Assembly (NCBI GenBank): GCA_013239625.1
Contig: MU055609.1
Span: forward strand, 7,858,408-7,922,407
Length of the DNA stretch: 64,000 nucleotides
Origin: Lama guanicoe
Lineage: Eukaryota
Direction of reading: 5' to 3'
Of the stretch, positions 63,080 to 64,000 are shown piece by piece; within the stretch, counting starts at the first letter, position 1; each line of letters starts with the position of its first letter. The notes beneath the pieces were generated by a model. The model made no database searches. It was not told the DNA's origin and saw nothing but the letters and a program-made list of their open reading frames with translations. Made by a program: the position numbers and the translations under genes.

Positions 63080-63280
63080 ACTGGTGCCTTCAAATACTGT
63101 TTCTCATCCAATCTTCACAGAAACCATGTAAGTCAGGCATTTTCATCTCCATCTGAAAGATGAGGAAATTAAGACTCAGAAAACTGAGGTACCTCATCCA
63201 AGATCGCCCTATTACTTATCAGAAAAGTCAGGATTCTAACCCAAGTTCACCTGACTCTGAAATCCTCTGCACTTCCTGGC
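63080..63280 (-). mobile_element. MIR SINE
   Basis: aatcttcacagaaaccatgtaag...agatgaggaaattaagactcagaaa...cctgactctgaaatcc. Confidence 0.75.
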
Positions 63281-64000
63281 TTCTTAAGACAAAGAGCAGT
63301 CTTTCCAGAGGCTTGCCTGTACAAGCTCACTGTGTAGGTCCTCTGAGTCCAGAGGCAGACTCATGGGTCCAGGGCCTCGGAGCTGGCCCTGCCAACAAAG
63401 ACATGGGAATAGTGGTATCTAGTTAGAAACAACTCTCATTTTTCCACACGTGTACAAGTCAATGTAACCTGTTTTTAGCCCCATCTGTACGCTGGCCCTC
63501 TGGTTTCTAATCACAATAACCAGGTTGATTTCAGGCCTGGAACCTTTCCTACCACAGAGACAATTAAAATATAATCAAGCTAGAAAGTTATCCTCCCCCA
63601 AAGCCACCTAAAACAGAGCAACTCCAAAATAAAATCAATTTACATATTTTAGCCCAAATTAAAAAGTAAAAGCTAAGGATTCCCATTTAACATCCTGAAT
63701 AATAAGTGCATATTTATGTAAAGCTTCCTTTGGGGAACGGTTACGACAACTTTCCCAATATTATTCACAAATATCAGTTTTGTTTTGGTGTTACAGTAAG
63801 AATCTGGACTTGTGGGAATTGGACTGTACCCAGTGCATCAACAGAAATAATTAATATTGAAGATATGCACAATATCCAGAATTTTAGATGTGTGTTTGGC
63901 TGAATTACAAAAAGTAACATAAGAAAGGATGAGTCAAATCTGGTCAAAATCACAAATTACAGGGACTTAGTCATTTACTCCATTTTAAGTGAGTACTTTC

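Noticed and set aside
63640-63828. Possible Tigger DNA transposon end (...ggactgta)
   Set aside because: Only one terminus-like motif is seen and the family could not be recognised.

Overview
Mammalian genomic DNA, very probably from a camelid (two tRNA-derived vic-1-type SINEs and cetartiodactyl-type L1 3' ends). The whole window appears to lie inside the neuronal RNA-binding-protein gene ELAVL4 (HuD), transcribed on the minus strand. The 241-nt exon 2 (N-terminus plus start of RRM1) is readable at 38108-37868. Exon 3 is almost certainly hidden in the N-run at 6473-6604. The first exons and exon 4 onward fall outside the window. The rest is intron rich in ancient repeats (MIR, L2, L3/CR1, hAT-Charlie, old L1) and some younger insertions. 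Notable items: (i) a DPM3 processed pseudogene split by a solo ERV1-type LTR and hit again by an L1 at its stop codon; (ii) a 667-bp L1-mobilised copy of an apparently chimeric ERV transcript with poly(A) and a perfect 17-bp TSD; (iii) eight N-runs whose lengths are all 4 mod 8, pointing to computational masking, probably of highly conserved sequence; (iv) candidate post-transcriptional control elements in intron 2 (a 28-nt stop-introducing microexon, an acceptor-like flank on a masked block, an intronic polyA signal with a U-rich downstream element). Nearly all other ORFs in the track are spurious. Repeat family names come from recognising consensus motifs by eye, and ancient-repeat boundaries are approximate.
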